Source: a bacterium (lineage in GTDB: Bacteria > Fidelibacterota > Marinisomatia > Marinisomatales > UBA1611). From it: DNA of 51,916 nucleotides. The stretch is taken from NCBI GenBank assembly GCA_038127595.1, contig JAYPIC010000004.1, positions 1 to 51,916 on the forward strand, given 5' to 3'. Below are positions 28,530 through 37,980 of this stretch, piece after piece (the first letter of the stretch is position 1; every line of letters begins with the position of its first letter). The position numbers were made by a program, and so were the translations under genes. A model generated the notes under the pieces. The model was not told where the DNA came from, did no database searches, and worked only from the letters and a program-made list of their open reading frames with translations.

Positions 28530-29450
28530 TTAATCACATATGAAATAAGCATTTTGACCAGACTCTCTATCAAAAATATGGATAAGGTCAAATATATTGA
28601 TATCGGTGTCTGAGTTAATATCATAATTATTAGAATAATCTTCGCTAGATAAAATATTATCTAAAAGTACTTGGGAATTAATATTTTCAAAGCAGTTGAG
28701 ATACCATATTCTTCTAATAAGAGTTGAATCAATTACAAATGGGTTTGGAATATCATTTTGATAATTAGCAATAGCATATGTCCTTGTTAGTTCAACTTCA
28801 TCTACAGGATCAAGTTTGTGCCATTCAAATAATATGTCTTTTTGTTGATCAAAAAAATTTTGATTAGCTACATTATTATAGATTGTATAAAAATAAAACA
28901 TGCTTCTAGCTATGTTACCTTTAACATCTTCTCTAGGTTCAAACTTTTCGTTGTCATTATCTACTTCTGAGTATTCATCAATGAACTGATTTGGAATACT
29001 ATTTGAATAATAATCTAGCCGCCACCATCTATCAGTTTGATAGTCATCTATTTCACCAAATGGTTTATTACCTCTTGAAGAATTAACATTTCCTCTGGTG
29101 GGGTATAAATGATGAAGATCACTTTTTTGTGGGGAGCCGCTTGCGCCCATACTCTGTGGCCATGAGTGTTCACAATTCATATTTAATGCATTAGTTTGAG
29201 GTCTAGGGTCTTGAGATGGATCAATAGTGATTGTATAGTTGGTGTAAATTCCTTTTAATGTATTATCCTGCCCAAGATCAATGATTGAATACATTACATC
29301 TCTAGCATTATTATAGCTAAGCGTGCTATTTGTTTTATAATTTTCAATTAGGTAGTTGAAAAGGTTTAGCTTTGTATTCCCTGAACCAATTATTGACTGC
29401 GCTGACATAAAACTAATGACGTACCAAAGAGTTAGCAGAATTTTATACAT
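28530..29450 (-). CDS. Secreted endonuclease I family (His-Me finger) nuclease with dockerin-like C-terminal remnant
   Basis: Signal peptide; NCEHSWPQS, SDLHHLYP, NSSRGNKPFG, KGNIARSMFY, WH..DPVD..E..R, NPF; tail YDINSDTDINIFDL. Confidence 0.88.
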   Translation of the reverse strand: MYKILLTLWYVISFMSAQSIIGSGNTKLNLFNYLIENYKTNSTLSYNNARDVMYSIIDLGQDNTLKGIYTNYTITIDPSQDPRPQTNALNMNCEHSWPQSMGASGSPQKSDLHHLYPTRGNVNSSRGNKPFGEIDDYQTDRWWRLDYYSNSIPNQFIDEYSEVDNDNEKFEPREDVKGNIARSMFYFYTIYNNVANQNFFDQQKDILFEWHKLDPVDEVELTRTYAIANYQNDIPNPFVIDSTLIRRIWYLNCFENINSQVLLDNILSSEDYSNNYDINSDTDINIFDLIHIFDRESGQNAYFICD

Positions 29451-29568
29451 ATATCAAAATTTATCTTTTTAAATGTTAACAAAAAAGGATGCTGTTAGTT
29501 TATTATTTCATACAAGATTAAAAACTATCTTAATGCCTTGAGCGACAATAATTAATTAAATTTATATA

Positions 29569-30411
29569 ATGGATAATTTACAATCTGTGCCAATTGCGCA
29601 AAACATACAGGAATCTGTTGATTCATTATCTGGATTAACAATAAATGATTTAAATAAATATTTGCCGGCTTTACAAACGGCTGAAGATTTATCATTAGAA
29701 ATAGATCATTTAAAGGAGGGAGTTTTTTGGTCAGAAGGGCTCAAAGGCCTCCAAAAACTTCCAAGTAATAGTATTGATCTAATTGTTACAGAGCCGCCCA
29801 AAGAGCCATGGATGAATTTAGAGAGTAGAGGTTCTCAATTTACGCTTCAAGAATATTATAGCTGGAATCAAAAATGGATTATTGAAGCTAGCAGAGTTTT
29901 GAAAAATACTGGTGGTATATATTTACTCTGTGATTGGACTTATTCCAATATGTATAATGGGCTTTTAAATGAAAAATTCATTGTACAAAACAGGATTACA
30001 TGGCATAATAGGTCAGCAAAAACTAGTAAAAATAATCTGACTTGGAAAAACCAATCTGGGGACATCTGGTTTGCCACAAAAAATGAAGATTTTTTATTTA
30101 ATAACAATGCAACGAGTTTAAAATCAGAGAGACATTCATTGCTTAGTGACAGGGAAAAAAAAGCTCAAACTAACTTTTGGTTTGATATACCTAAAGTAAC
30201 AAATGACAATGCCCGTTATTCTAATAAACTCTATTCAAAAATATTAGATGCTAGCAGTTTTAAGTTGAATTGGATTGTAGATCCTTTTATGAGGACAGGA
30301 GATGTTGGGGTAGCAAGTAAAAGTGCTGGGAGAAGATTTATTGGTTTTGAAGCAAATAAAGATAAACTATTAATGTCTATGAAAAGAATAGATCAAAATA
30401 ATGAACGGTAG
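29569..30411 (+). CDS. Beta-class N6/N4 DNA methyltransferase homologue with degenerate catalytic motifs
   Basis: SIDLIVTEPPK (motif IV position), RVLKNTGGIY, QNRITW, VDPFMRTGDVGVA...GRRFIGFE (motif I position). Confidence 0.8.
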   Translation: MDNLQSVPIAQNIQESVDSLSGLTINDLNKYLPALQTAEDLSLEIDHLKEGVFWSEGLKGLQKLPSNSIDLIVTEPPKEPWMNLESRGSQFTLQEYYSWNQKWIIEASRVLKNTGGIYLLCDWTYSNMYNGLLNEKFIVQNRITWHNRSAKTSKNNLTWKNQSGDIWFATKNEDFLFNNNATSLKSERHSLLSDREKKAQTNFWFDIPKVTNDNARYSNKLYSKILDASSFKLNWIVDPFMRTGDVGVASKSAGRRFIGFEANKDKLLMSMKRIDQNNER

Positions 30412-30416
30412 TTAAT

Positions 30417-30860
30417 TTGAATTATATAGATAAAATTAAAAAAGATATGTATTCAGCTATGAAAGCTGATCAAAAAGTTAAAGCAAATATATTACGCTCT
30501 TTACTTGCTTTACTAAAAAAAGTAGAAATAGAAACTAAAAATCCATTAAGCGAAGATCAGTTTTTTTCTGTTGTTAAAAAAATGGTTAAACAACTCAAAG
30601 AGTCAGTTGAAGTATATAGTAAGGCTGGGAGAGGAGAATTAGCAGAAAAAGAAAAATCTGAATTGGAAATAATCCAAGTATATTTGCCTGAACAATTATC
30701 TGAAGAAAAAACCATAGAATTGGTTAAAGAAGTTATTTCAGAAATTTCTGCAAAAAGTATTTCCGATATGGGTAAAGTAATGTCCATGGTTATGCAGAAA
30801 AGCGGTGGTAAAGTAGATGGTGGAATAGCAAATAGGATAGCTAAAGAATTATTGCAATAG
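30417..30860 (+). CDS. yqeY: GatB/YqeY domain protein
   Basis: AMKA, ES..Y..AGR.ELAEKE..E, YLPEQLS, DMGKVM. Confidence 0.92.
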   Translation: MNYIDKIKKDMYSAMKADQKVKANILRSLLALLKKVEIETKNPLSEDQFFSVVKKMVKQLKESVEVYSKAGRGELAEKEKSELEIIQVYLPEQLSEEKTIELVKEVISEISAKSISDMGKVMSMVMQKSGGKVDGGIANRIAKELLQ

Positions 30861-31388
30861 ATGAGTTGGTTTTTAGATGGCCTAGCTCTTTTTTATATTC
30901 TGTTTAACGGTGTTCTTGGCTTTAACAGGGGGCTAGTGGATGAACTTGGAAGATTAATAGGCTTAATATTTTCCATACTAATTGCAACAAGTAAAACCTC
31001 TTTTTTATCCAGTCTCATTTTAAGCTATATAACTGTTCCCCCTTGGCAATCAACTTTTATATCTTTCTGTGTTATCTTTTGTGTTGTTCTACTTTGCGGA
31101 AGAGTAGTGACAAGGCTTTTTAAAATAGCGCTTTTATCACGGTCAAACATTTGGATGGATAATATATTAGGCTTTATTTTTGGAAGCCTCAAAGGATATT
31201 GTATTATTGCTGTTTTTATATGGGTAATTATCATATTACCTTTAGATAAGTGGACCATGATAATTGAGCAAAATTCAAAAATAGTTAAAACTACAAATGA
31301 ATTTAGAGTAACTATTATTAGTTTTTTTGGCTGGGAGGACCCAGTCAATTTCAGTGAAAATTTTATAAAAAAATTAGTTCAGCCGTAA
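30861..31388 (+). CDS. cvpA: CvpA (colicin V production) family membrane protein
   Basis: GFNRGLVDEL, four TM segments, DNILGFIFGSLKG, S-K motif. Confidence 0.85.
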   Translation: MSWFLDGLALFYILFNGVLGFNRGLVDELGRLIGLIFSILIATSKTSFLSSLILSYITVPPWQSTFISFCVIFCVVLLCGRVVTRLFKIALLSRSNIWMDNILGFIFGSLKGYCIIAVFIWVIIILPLDKWTMIIEQNSKIVKTTNEFRVTIISFFGWEDPVNFSENFIKKLVQP

Positions 31389-33145
31389 TGCCTCAAATCC
31401 CTCAAAACACTATTGACAAAATTAGAGATCAAGCTGATATAGTTGATGTAATATCAAGAGAAGTTGAATTAAAAAGGAAGGGGGTGAATTATTTTGGAAT
31501 ATGTCCTTTCCATGATGAAAACACTCCATCTTTCAGTGTTTCGCAATCGAAACAGATTTATAAATGCTTTGGCGGTTGTGATGCTGGTGGTAATGTTTTT
31601 ACTTTTATAATGGAGTTTTATAAGCTGACATTTTTTGATTCCGCCAAATTGCTTGCGGATAGATATAATATAATTTTAGACATATCAGATAATTATTCAT
31701 CTTCAAATGAATATTCATTTCTAAAGGAAGTTCATGAGAGTGCTTCCCTTATTTTTCAACAAAACTTATTTTCTGATATAGGTAAAGAACCATTACAATA
31801 TCTAAAGAAAAGAAATCTAACTGAAGAAATTATTAGAAAATTCAGGATAGGTTTTGCTATGGATGGTTGGAGTGGGCTCATAAAAAAGATTGGGCCTAAA
31901 TATAATAATGAAACTTCAAAGCTGTTAAAAACAGGACTCTTTAGTAGATCTGAAAAAGGGACAGTTTATGATAGATTTCGTTCAAGAATAATTTTCCCAA
32001 TATCTCATCAATCAGGTGATGTTATAGCTTTTGGAGGAAGAGACTATAATAAAAATGATCAAGCGAAATATTTAAATTCCCCTGAAACTGCTATTTATCA
32101 AAAAAGCAATGTCTTGTATGGATTAAATGTAACCAAGAGCGCAATTACTAATAGTAATAATAAATACATCATTCTTGTCGAAGGTTACATGGATCTGTTA
32201 CAACTTTATCAGGCTGGTATTGAGCCTGTTGTTGCGGTTTCAGGAACTTCTTTAACAAAAAATCACGCGACTATAATTGCAAGATATAATAAACCAGTTG
32301 TTATTTTATATGATGGAGATTCTGCTGGCGGGAATGCGGCTATTAGGGCTGGATTCGTCCTCCTTCAAGCAGGAGTAGAAGTATATGTTGTTAGGCCTCC
32401 AGGTGAATTAGATCCAGACGACTGGCTTTTAAAAGAGGGGCGAGAGGCACTCAATGACAATATTGAAAATCCTTCAGACTTTATGGAATTCCATATTAAC
32501 TATTCAAATGCAAAAACTTTTAAGGGGGTACAAAAAAGTAATTATTTACATAGTGTTATTGGCGATATAAAAAATATTAATGATTCTATTATAAAAAATG
32601 AGCTTATAAAATATCTATCTGAAAAATTGAGAGAAAAAGAAAGTGATCTAATAGAAATTTTAAACCAAAAAAGAAGTTATAAAAAGTCAGAGACTGCAGT
32701 CGTAAAAAATAGTGTTTTTAATTTTAAAACAAAATTACATAGGGCTGAACTAGAATTAATTAAAATATTATTAAATTCAAGTTTTGACAAAAGGAAAAAG
32801 CTTATTAGCAATTTAGGTATTGATTTATTTTCACATGAGTTACTTTCAAAGATTATGAGTAAAATACTAACTGATGAATCCATAGAAAATTCTAAAATCA
32901 TTGATTACTTTTCCGAAAAAGGCGAGCGTGATTTTATATCTGGATTATTAATGGAAGAAAAAGAAATACAAAACCCAGATCAAATAGTTAAAGATTGTTT
33001 GTCTACTATACAGTCTGCACCACTAAAAACTAGAATTGATGATCTAAGATTTGTAATACAACAAAAAGAGAAAAGTGGGGCAGACACTTCTAAAGAACTA
33101 AAAGAAGTAATGGAGCTTCAAAAAAAATTATATAATCAGAATTAA
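31388..33145 (+). CDS. dnaG: DNA primase
   Basis: CHC2 finger CPFHDENTPSF...CFGGC, DRFRSRIIFPI, KYLNSPET, TOPRIM VEGYMD and YDGDSAG, DPD. Confidence 0.98.
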   Translation: MPQIPQNTIDKIRDQADIVDVISREVELKRKGVNYFGICPFHDENTPSFSVSQSKQIYKCFGGCDAGGNVFTFIMEFYKLTFFDSAKLLADRYNIILDISDNYSSSNEYSFLKEVHESASLIFQQNLFSDIGKEPLQYLKKRNLTEEIIRKFRIGFAMDGWSGLIKKIGPKYNNETSKLLKTGLFSRSEKGTVYDRFRSRIIFPISHQSGDVIAFGGRDYNKNDQAKYLNSPETAIYQKSNVLYGLNVTKSAITNSNNKYIILVEGYMDLLQLYQAGIEPVVAVSGTSLTKNHATIIARYNKPVVILYDGDSAGGNAAIRAGFVLLQAGVEVYVVRPPGELDPDDWLLKEGREALNDNIENPSDFMEFHINYSNAKTFKGVQKSNYLHSVIGDIKNINDSIIKNELIKYLSEKLREKESDLIEILNQKRSYKKSETAVVKNSVFNFKTKLHRAELELIKILLNSSFDKRKKLISNLGIDLFSHELLSKIMSKILTDESIENSKIIDYFSEKGERDFISGLLMEEKEIQNPDQIVKDCLSTIQSAPLKTRIDDLRFVIQQKEKSGADTSKELKEVMELQKKLYNQN

Positions 33146-34371
33146 TGAGAAATTGGATCTTCATATTAATTTTTTCGTCATTGCTTGGCAATATGAATGC
33201 ACATCAAGTACAACTTGTTACGCATCATGAAAAAACAAATGGTGTTTTAATAAGAGTAGTAGTTAGTAATGTCCCTGAAGTTGATGACATTGCTGGATGG
33301 GTTGGGCAAGAGAATTGGTTTTACCTAACTTTAAATGAAGCAGTATTTGCTGAAAATGTTTTAGAAAACCTCAAAGCAAGCTCACCAATACTTGAAATTG
33401 AAGGTATTCAAAATCAACAGTCTGTACAAATTGGGTTTTTAATGGAGAATTATATTTCTGACTTTGAAATATTTCATTCTCCCTCTAATAGAGTTTTTCT
33501 CATACATCTCTGGCATGAATTAGATGTGGACAACATTGCAGATATCAAGATTTCAGAGAAAAATAATAATAATAAAATATTTTCGATTAGCGATCAAAAT
33601 TTAAAAGGCATGCCATTTTATGACTCATTTATTGATGCTCGAGAAAAATACGGTCCGGAAAAATATTTTGTATGGTATAACAATTGGTATAGTACAGAAG
33701 ACAAACTTGACTTTGGTGGTAGAGAAAATAAAAAAATTAAAAACGAAGCCGATATATGGGAAAAACATTGGTCAGGAAATTCTTTATCAAAAGAAAATAC
33801 TACCTATGGTCCTAAGCTGCCTCTTAATAGCCAACAGTCTAATAATGCTAATGAGGTGGTCATCATTAATAAGGAATCAAAAAAACCTGCCAACAAGCCT
33901 AAAACGGTAGTCATAAACGAAAATTCTAAAGAAAAGATAAAAAGAATAGAAGAACAAATCTTAAAAAGAAAGAATGCATCTTCCAAAAAAGAAAAAATTA
34001 TCTCATCAGATAAGAAAGTTGCAGAAAAACAAAAAGTCAAACCAAGGCGTGTTATTAAGAAAAGTTCTGAAGACTTGGCAGCATATGCAATTGAACCTAA
34101 TCTCAACAATAGAAAAACTTATTTAAAAATTGGTTGTGATTTGGTTGATGTAAATGTTTACCTTGACGGGAGGAGAGTCGGTAAAACACCCCTTACAAAA
34201 AGGCTTCCTGTTTCAGCAGGGTGGCACAGAATAAGGATCGATGTACCTGGAGCAAAAAAGTTTAATAAATCAGGTATCCCAAATCCAGATTTTAGAGATG
34301 TTTATGTAACAAAAGGTAGAACTCAGAAAGTAACATTTAAATTTTTACATGATCAAGAAGAGCCTGGTTAA
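33145..34371 (+). CDS. Exported protein: AMIN-like N-terminal domain, Lys-rich linker, C-terminal PEGA domain
   Basis: Signal peptide; DDIAGWVGQENWFYLTL; PEGA pattern VYLDGRRVGKTPL...VSAGWHRIRI; TAATG overlap with dnaG. Confidence 0.65.
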   Translation: MRNWIFILIFSSLLGNMNAHQVQLVTHHEKTNGVLIRVVVSNVPEVDDIAGWVGQENWFYLTLNEAVFAENVLENLKASSPILEIEGIQNQQSVQIGFLMENYISDFEIFHSPSNRVFLIHLWHELDVDNIADIKISEKNNNNKIFSISDQNLKGMPFYDSFIDAREKYGPEKYFVWYNNWYSTEDKLDFGGRENKKIKNEADIWEKHWSGNSLSKENTTYGPKLPLNSQQSNNANEVVIINKESKKPANKPKTVVINENSKEKIKRIEEQILKRKNASSKKEKIISSDKKVAEKQKVKPRRVIKKSSEDLAAYAIEPNLNNRKTYLKIGCDLVDVNVYLDGRRVGKTPLTKRLPVSAGWHRIRIDVPGAKKFNKSGIPNPDFRDVYVTKGRTQKVTFKFLHDQEEPG

Positions 34372-35272
34372 AATGTTTGAATATTTTATGACTCTATCTC
34401 GAGTTTATAAGGTTTACATTTTTTTATCTTTCAATATGCTCTTTGGTCAGTTCTCTTCCAATGTTGTACATGTTGACATTATATCCGAGCCAGAAAAAGT
34501 AGAAGCCTCAATTATCTTTGATGAGATTATTGACAGAGATGATGTGTCTGGTTGGATTGATAGAGATAATTATTTTACGCTAAGCTTGTTTAATGTTTCC
34601 TTAGGAGAAAATAATTTTTCAGGTAATGATTATAAATATCCTCTTTTATCTGTTGAAGCAGCTGATGCAGGTGGCTCTGTTCAAATAATTTTTAACACGG
34701 CAAAAAAGATTGATTCCTATCAACTGATAAGGCATGCTAAAGATAAGAACTTATTGGTTATTTTAAATTACAGTACAAAAGATGAAGTCCCAAAAGAAGA
34801 AGGTGAGCTTGTTAAGTCTTTCATTGTTGAGGAGCTTCCTGATACATTTGATGTAATGAAAGATCGTTGGAGGCATCCTACAAATTGGAAAGAAGCCAGA
34901 GAACGGTCGAGCATAAGAATTTTATGTGATACCAAAAATCTTCCTATATATGTAGATAATCAATTTGTGGGTAAAACTCCTTTAGATTTTGCTGTAGATG
35001 TATTACCTGGTTGGCATCAAGTTGGCTATTTCCCAACAGACCCTGCGTTAAATCCTGAACCTCGTTCTCCAAAAGAGAAAATGATGGATAACATACTTAG
35101 GATGGGGATCTTAGATGTGTATGTAGAGGAGGGCAAGGAGCAGGAAATAGTACTCAATTATCAAAACTTGGATCAAGACGTATTAGCATTTCAAAAAAGT
35201 ATTACTGCTGGAAGTTGGGTCGGCTTCAGTTTATTTTTCTTACTAATAATGCTTACTAGTTGGGGTGTGTAG
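34349..35272 (+). CDS. Paralogous AMIN-like + PEGA protein with C-terminal TM anchor
   Basis: DDVSGWIDRDNYFTLSL; IYVDNQFVGKTPL...VLPGWHQV; C-terminal hydrophobic helix; exact start uncertain. Confidence 0.65.
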   Translation: MIKKSLVKMFEYFMTLSRVYKVYIFLSFNMLFGQFSSNVVHVDIISEPEKVEASIIFDEIIDRDDVSGWIDRDNYFTLSLFNVSLGENNFSGNDYKYPLLSVEAADAGGSVQIIFNTAKKIDSYQLIRHAKDKNLLVILNYSTKDEVPKEEGELVKSFIVEELPDTFDVMKDRWRHPTNWKEARERSSIRILCDTKNLPIYVDNQFVGKTPLDFAVDVLPGWHQVGYFPTDPALNPEPRSPKEKMMDNILRMGILDVYVEEGKEQEIVLNYQNLDQDVLAFQKSITAGSWVGFSLFFLLIMLTSWGV

Positions 35273-37193
35273 TTTAGATAAAAAATATTTTTTAAGGGCA
35301 GTAGTTGTTTTCTTCACCTTTTTTATAAACAACTATGCTTACACTCAAACTACTAAAGAAAAAAAAATATCAAAGCCAAAGTCTGGGGCTAAACATGCTT
35401 ATTATGGATATTGGAATCCTTATAGACGTAAAGCAGATTTAAAAAACAGTCGCGATTTTTTTATTTCAAATCCTTATTTCGAAGTTTCTAGAAACGCTAA
35501 AGCCAAAATAAAAAAAGTAGTAAAATATAATTCAAACAATGAGAAAGTTGATTCTTGGCATATTAAATGGAATAGGAGTGGTACAAGATCAGAATATAAT
35601 GTCAAGTTTCATCAAAAAGGTAATATAACAAGGTTAGATAGCTTGTTGTTTTCTCATAAGCTTAGCGAGGTCGAACCTGGATGGTATGCAAAGGTTAAAA
35701 GTAAAAAAGATGGAAGGCCTTTGCGTTATGATATATATGATGAGAATGATATCAGACTTTACTTTTATAGATTTCATTATGCCCAAAGATCTGATTCTAT
35801 ACTCACAATGGAAACAATACAATCATCATATTTCCGATCTGATAGCACCTTAGTTGGAAGGCATATATTGTTTATGGAAAATGGAGAATGGCTTAGAGAG
35901 ATTCATTTTAGAGATGAAAATAATGAGTTAGAAAGTGTAACAAGGTTTGAAGTTTCATTACCTAAGGAAGAGACAATCATAACAAGATTAGATAAAGATG
36001 GTAAAGAAATCTCAAGTAGATTAATGCAATTATCATATCCTGATAAATATTCATATAGATTTGAGTGGATGCCTGATACAGTGCTAATTGTCGAAAAAAT
36101 TGAAATAAAAGAAGATACTTCGATTACATTTATTAGTCCTGTTTTAGCTAGTGTTTGGTATGGCGTCCCTTTAGTAAGTGGAACATCTTTAAATATAAGC
36201 TCACCAAACCCCACCTATGGTTTTTTCTTTGCTCCTAGAGGAAATATGATCATCAAAGGTCAAAAATATAGTTTAGGCATGGAGGTTGTATCATATGATA
36301 TCCCAATTCAAGATTCTACAGAATCAATTAAAGGAGTAGGTGCATTTGCAGCTGCTCAGTATGATCTAAATAAAAATTTTGAATGGATTCCTCAAAATGT
36401 AGAAGCAGCATTAAGAATTGGAGGGGGCATGCTTTCATCTGGATTTGGAATGTCATTCAGCAGCTCATTTGGATATCATTTCATTCCAAGTAGAATATAT
36501 TTAGGGCTTTATTCTCAGGCCATTATTGCATTTGATGAGTTAGGTACTGGCAAAGCTACTGGATGGGGGAGTGTAGGAGTTTCGCTAGGAACGAATGTAG
36601 GAGATATTAATCCTGACCTACTTAAACCATATAAAGATAAGCTTAATGAAGGTGCAATTCTTTCATACTTGATGAAGGAAATTATAACAAAATCTAATAT
36701 AGTTTTTTCTAAAGATTATCCTTTAAGTATTGATACATTAATCACTGAGTATTTTTTAGATCCTAAACCATTTAATGCAATCAAAATAAGAACGCCATTT
36801 TCTATTAACATAGGTAATTCAAAAATAAACCTTTTATTATCCTATTTAAATTATTCTTTTCAGCCAAAAGATAATAGTGATCCAATTTTTGGTAGTCACG
36901 CATATTTTTTTGGTACTGAATTCAATTTAGATAGACTTTTATCTTTTGGAGGAAATAATCTCCGAAAGAGCTTTGAGTTTAGCGTGGGTTCTTTTCATAG
37001 TGGATTTGGTCTTTCAACAGGTGCTGGGGTTAGTTATAACTTTAAAACTTTACCAATTAATTTGAGCACATATGGAAAATTTTATGGTTTGCCTAGTGAA
37101 GAAATTTTTACAGGATGGTTTAGTTTCGGGTTTGGGCTTGGTTTAGAATTAGATAAATTTTTACTTAAATCAAAATCAAATGATGATAATTAA
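35265..37193 (+). CDS. Hypothetical exported protein with two tandem C-terminal beta-barrel-like repeats
   Basis: Signal-like N-terminus; repeats SGFGMSFSSSFGYHF...TGWGSVGVSLG and SGFGLSTGAGVSYNF...TGWFSFGFGLG. Confidence 0.6.
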   Translation: MCSLDKKYFLRAVVVFFTFFINNYAYTQTTKEKKISKPKSGAKHAYYGYWNPYRRKADLKNSRDFFISNPYFEVSRNAKAKIKKVVKYNSNNEKVDSWHIKWNRSGTRSEYNVKFHQKGNITRLDSLLFSHKLSEVEPGWYAKVKSKKDGRPLRYDIYDENDIRLYFYRFHYAQRSDSILTMETIQSSYFRSDSTLVGRHILFMENGEWLREIHFRDENNELESVTRFEVSLPKEETIITRLDKDGKEISSRLMQLSYPDKYSYRFEWMPDTVLIVEKIEIKEDTSITFISPVLASVWYGVPLVSGTSLNISSPNPTYGFFFAPRGNMIIKGQKYSLGMEVVSYDIPIQDSTESIKGVGAFAAAQYDLNKNFEWIPQNVEAALRIGGGMLSSGFGMSFSSSFGYHFIPSRIYLGLYSQAIIAFDELGTGKATGWGSVGVSLGTNVGDINPDLLKPYKDKLNEGAILSYLMKEIITKSNIVFSKDYPLSIDTLITEYFLDPKPFNAIKIRTPFSINIGNSKINLLLSYLNYSFQPKDNSDPIFGSHAYFFGTEFNLDRLLSFGGNNLRKSFEFSVGSFHSGFGLSTGAGVSYNFKTLPINLSTYGKFYGLPSEEIFTGWFSFGFGLGLELDKFLLKSKSNDDN

Positions 37194-37220
37194 AAGAGCA
37201 ATAATTAAAAAGGGTATATA

Positions 37221-37964
37221 ATGAAACTAGTATTATTAAGGCATGGTGAGAGCAAATGGAATCTTGAGAATAAATTTACTGGATGGAAAGATGTAGAATT
37301 AACAGAAAAAGGTGAGAAAGAAGCTAAAAATGCTGGAGAGCTAATTAAAAATGAAAAATTTAATGTTGACATAGTTTATACTTCTGTACTTAAAAGAGCG
37401 ATTAACACTATGAAAATATGCCTAGATAATATGGATGAATGTGAACCTGAAATTTTTCATGATTGGAGATTAAATGAGCGTCACTATGGGGCTTTACAAG
37501 GTCTTGATAAAGCTGAAACAGCAAAAAAATATGGCGATGAGCAAGTACTAATTTGGAGAAGAAGTTATGATATTAGGCCTCCTGAACTAGATCAAAATGA
37601 TGGAAGACATCCTAAGTTTGATAAAAAATATAAAGATCTTGATAGTAAGATTTTACCTTCTAGTGAGTGTTTAAAAGATACTGTTGAACGTTTTTTACCT
37701 TACTGGGAAGAAACAATAAGCCCAAACGTAAAAAACGGTAAAAACGTCTTAATAGTAGCTCATGGAAATTCGCTTAGAGCTTTAGTGAAACATTTAGATA
37801 ATATTTCAGACGATGAGATATTAAGTTTAAATATTCCAACAGGGACTCCTTTAGTATATGAATTGGATAATGACCTTAAGCCAATAAGGCATTATTATTT
37901 AGGCAATCAAGATGAGATTAACGCAAAGATAAAATCAGTTGCTAGCCAAGGGCAATCAAAATAG
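37221..37964 (+). CDS. gpmA: 2,3-bisphosphoglycerate-dependent phosphoglycerate mutase
   Basis: [43 protein letters not shown]. Confidence 0.98.
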   Translation: MKLVLLRHGESKWNLENKFTGWKDVELTEKGEKEAKNAGELIKNEKFNVDIVYTSVLKRAINTMKICLDNMDECEPEIFHDWRLNERHYGALQGLDKAETAKKYGDEQVLIWRRSYDIRPPELDQNDGRHPKFDKKYKDLDSKILPSSECLKDTVERFLPYWEETISPNVKNGKNVLIVAHGNSLRALVKHLDNISDDEILSLNIPTGTPLVYELDNDLKPIRHYYLGNQDEINAKIKSVASQGQSK

Positions 37965-37980
37965 GTAGTTATTTTTAAAA

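Noticed and set aside
28530-30411. Divergent nuclease plus methyltransferase as a restriction-modification or defence system
   Set aside because: The nuclease is a signal-peptide-bearing, non-specific endonuclease I type, and the MTase motifs are degenerate.
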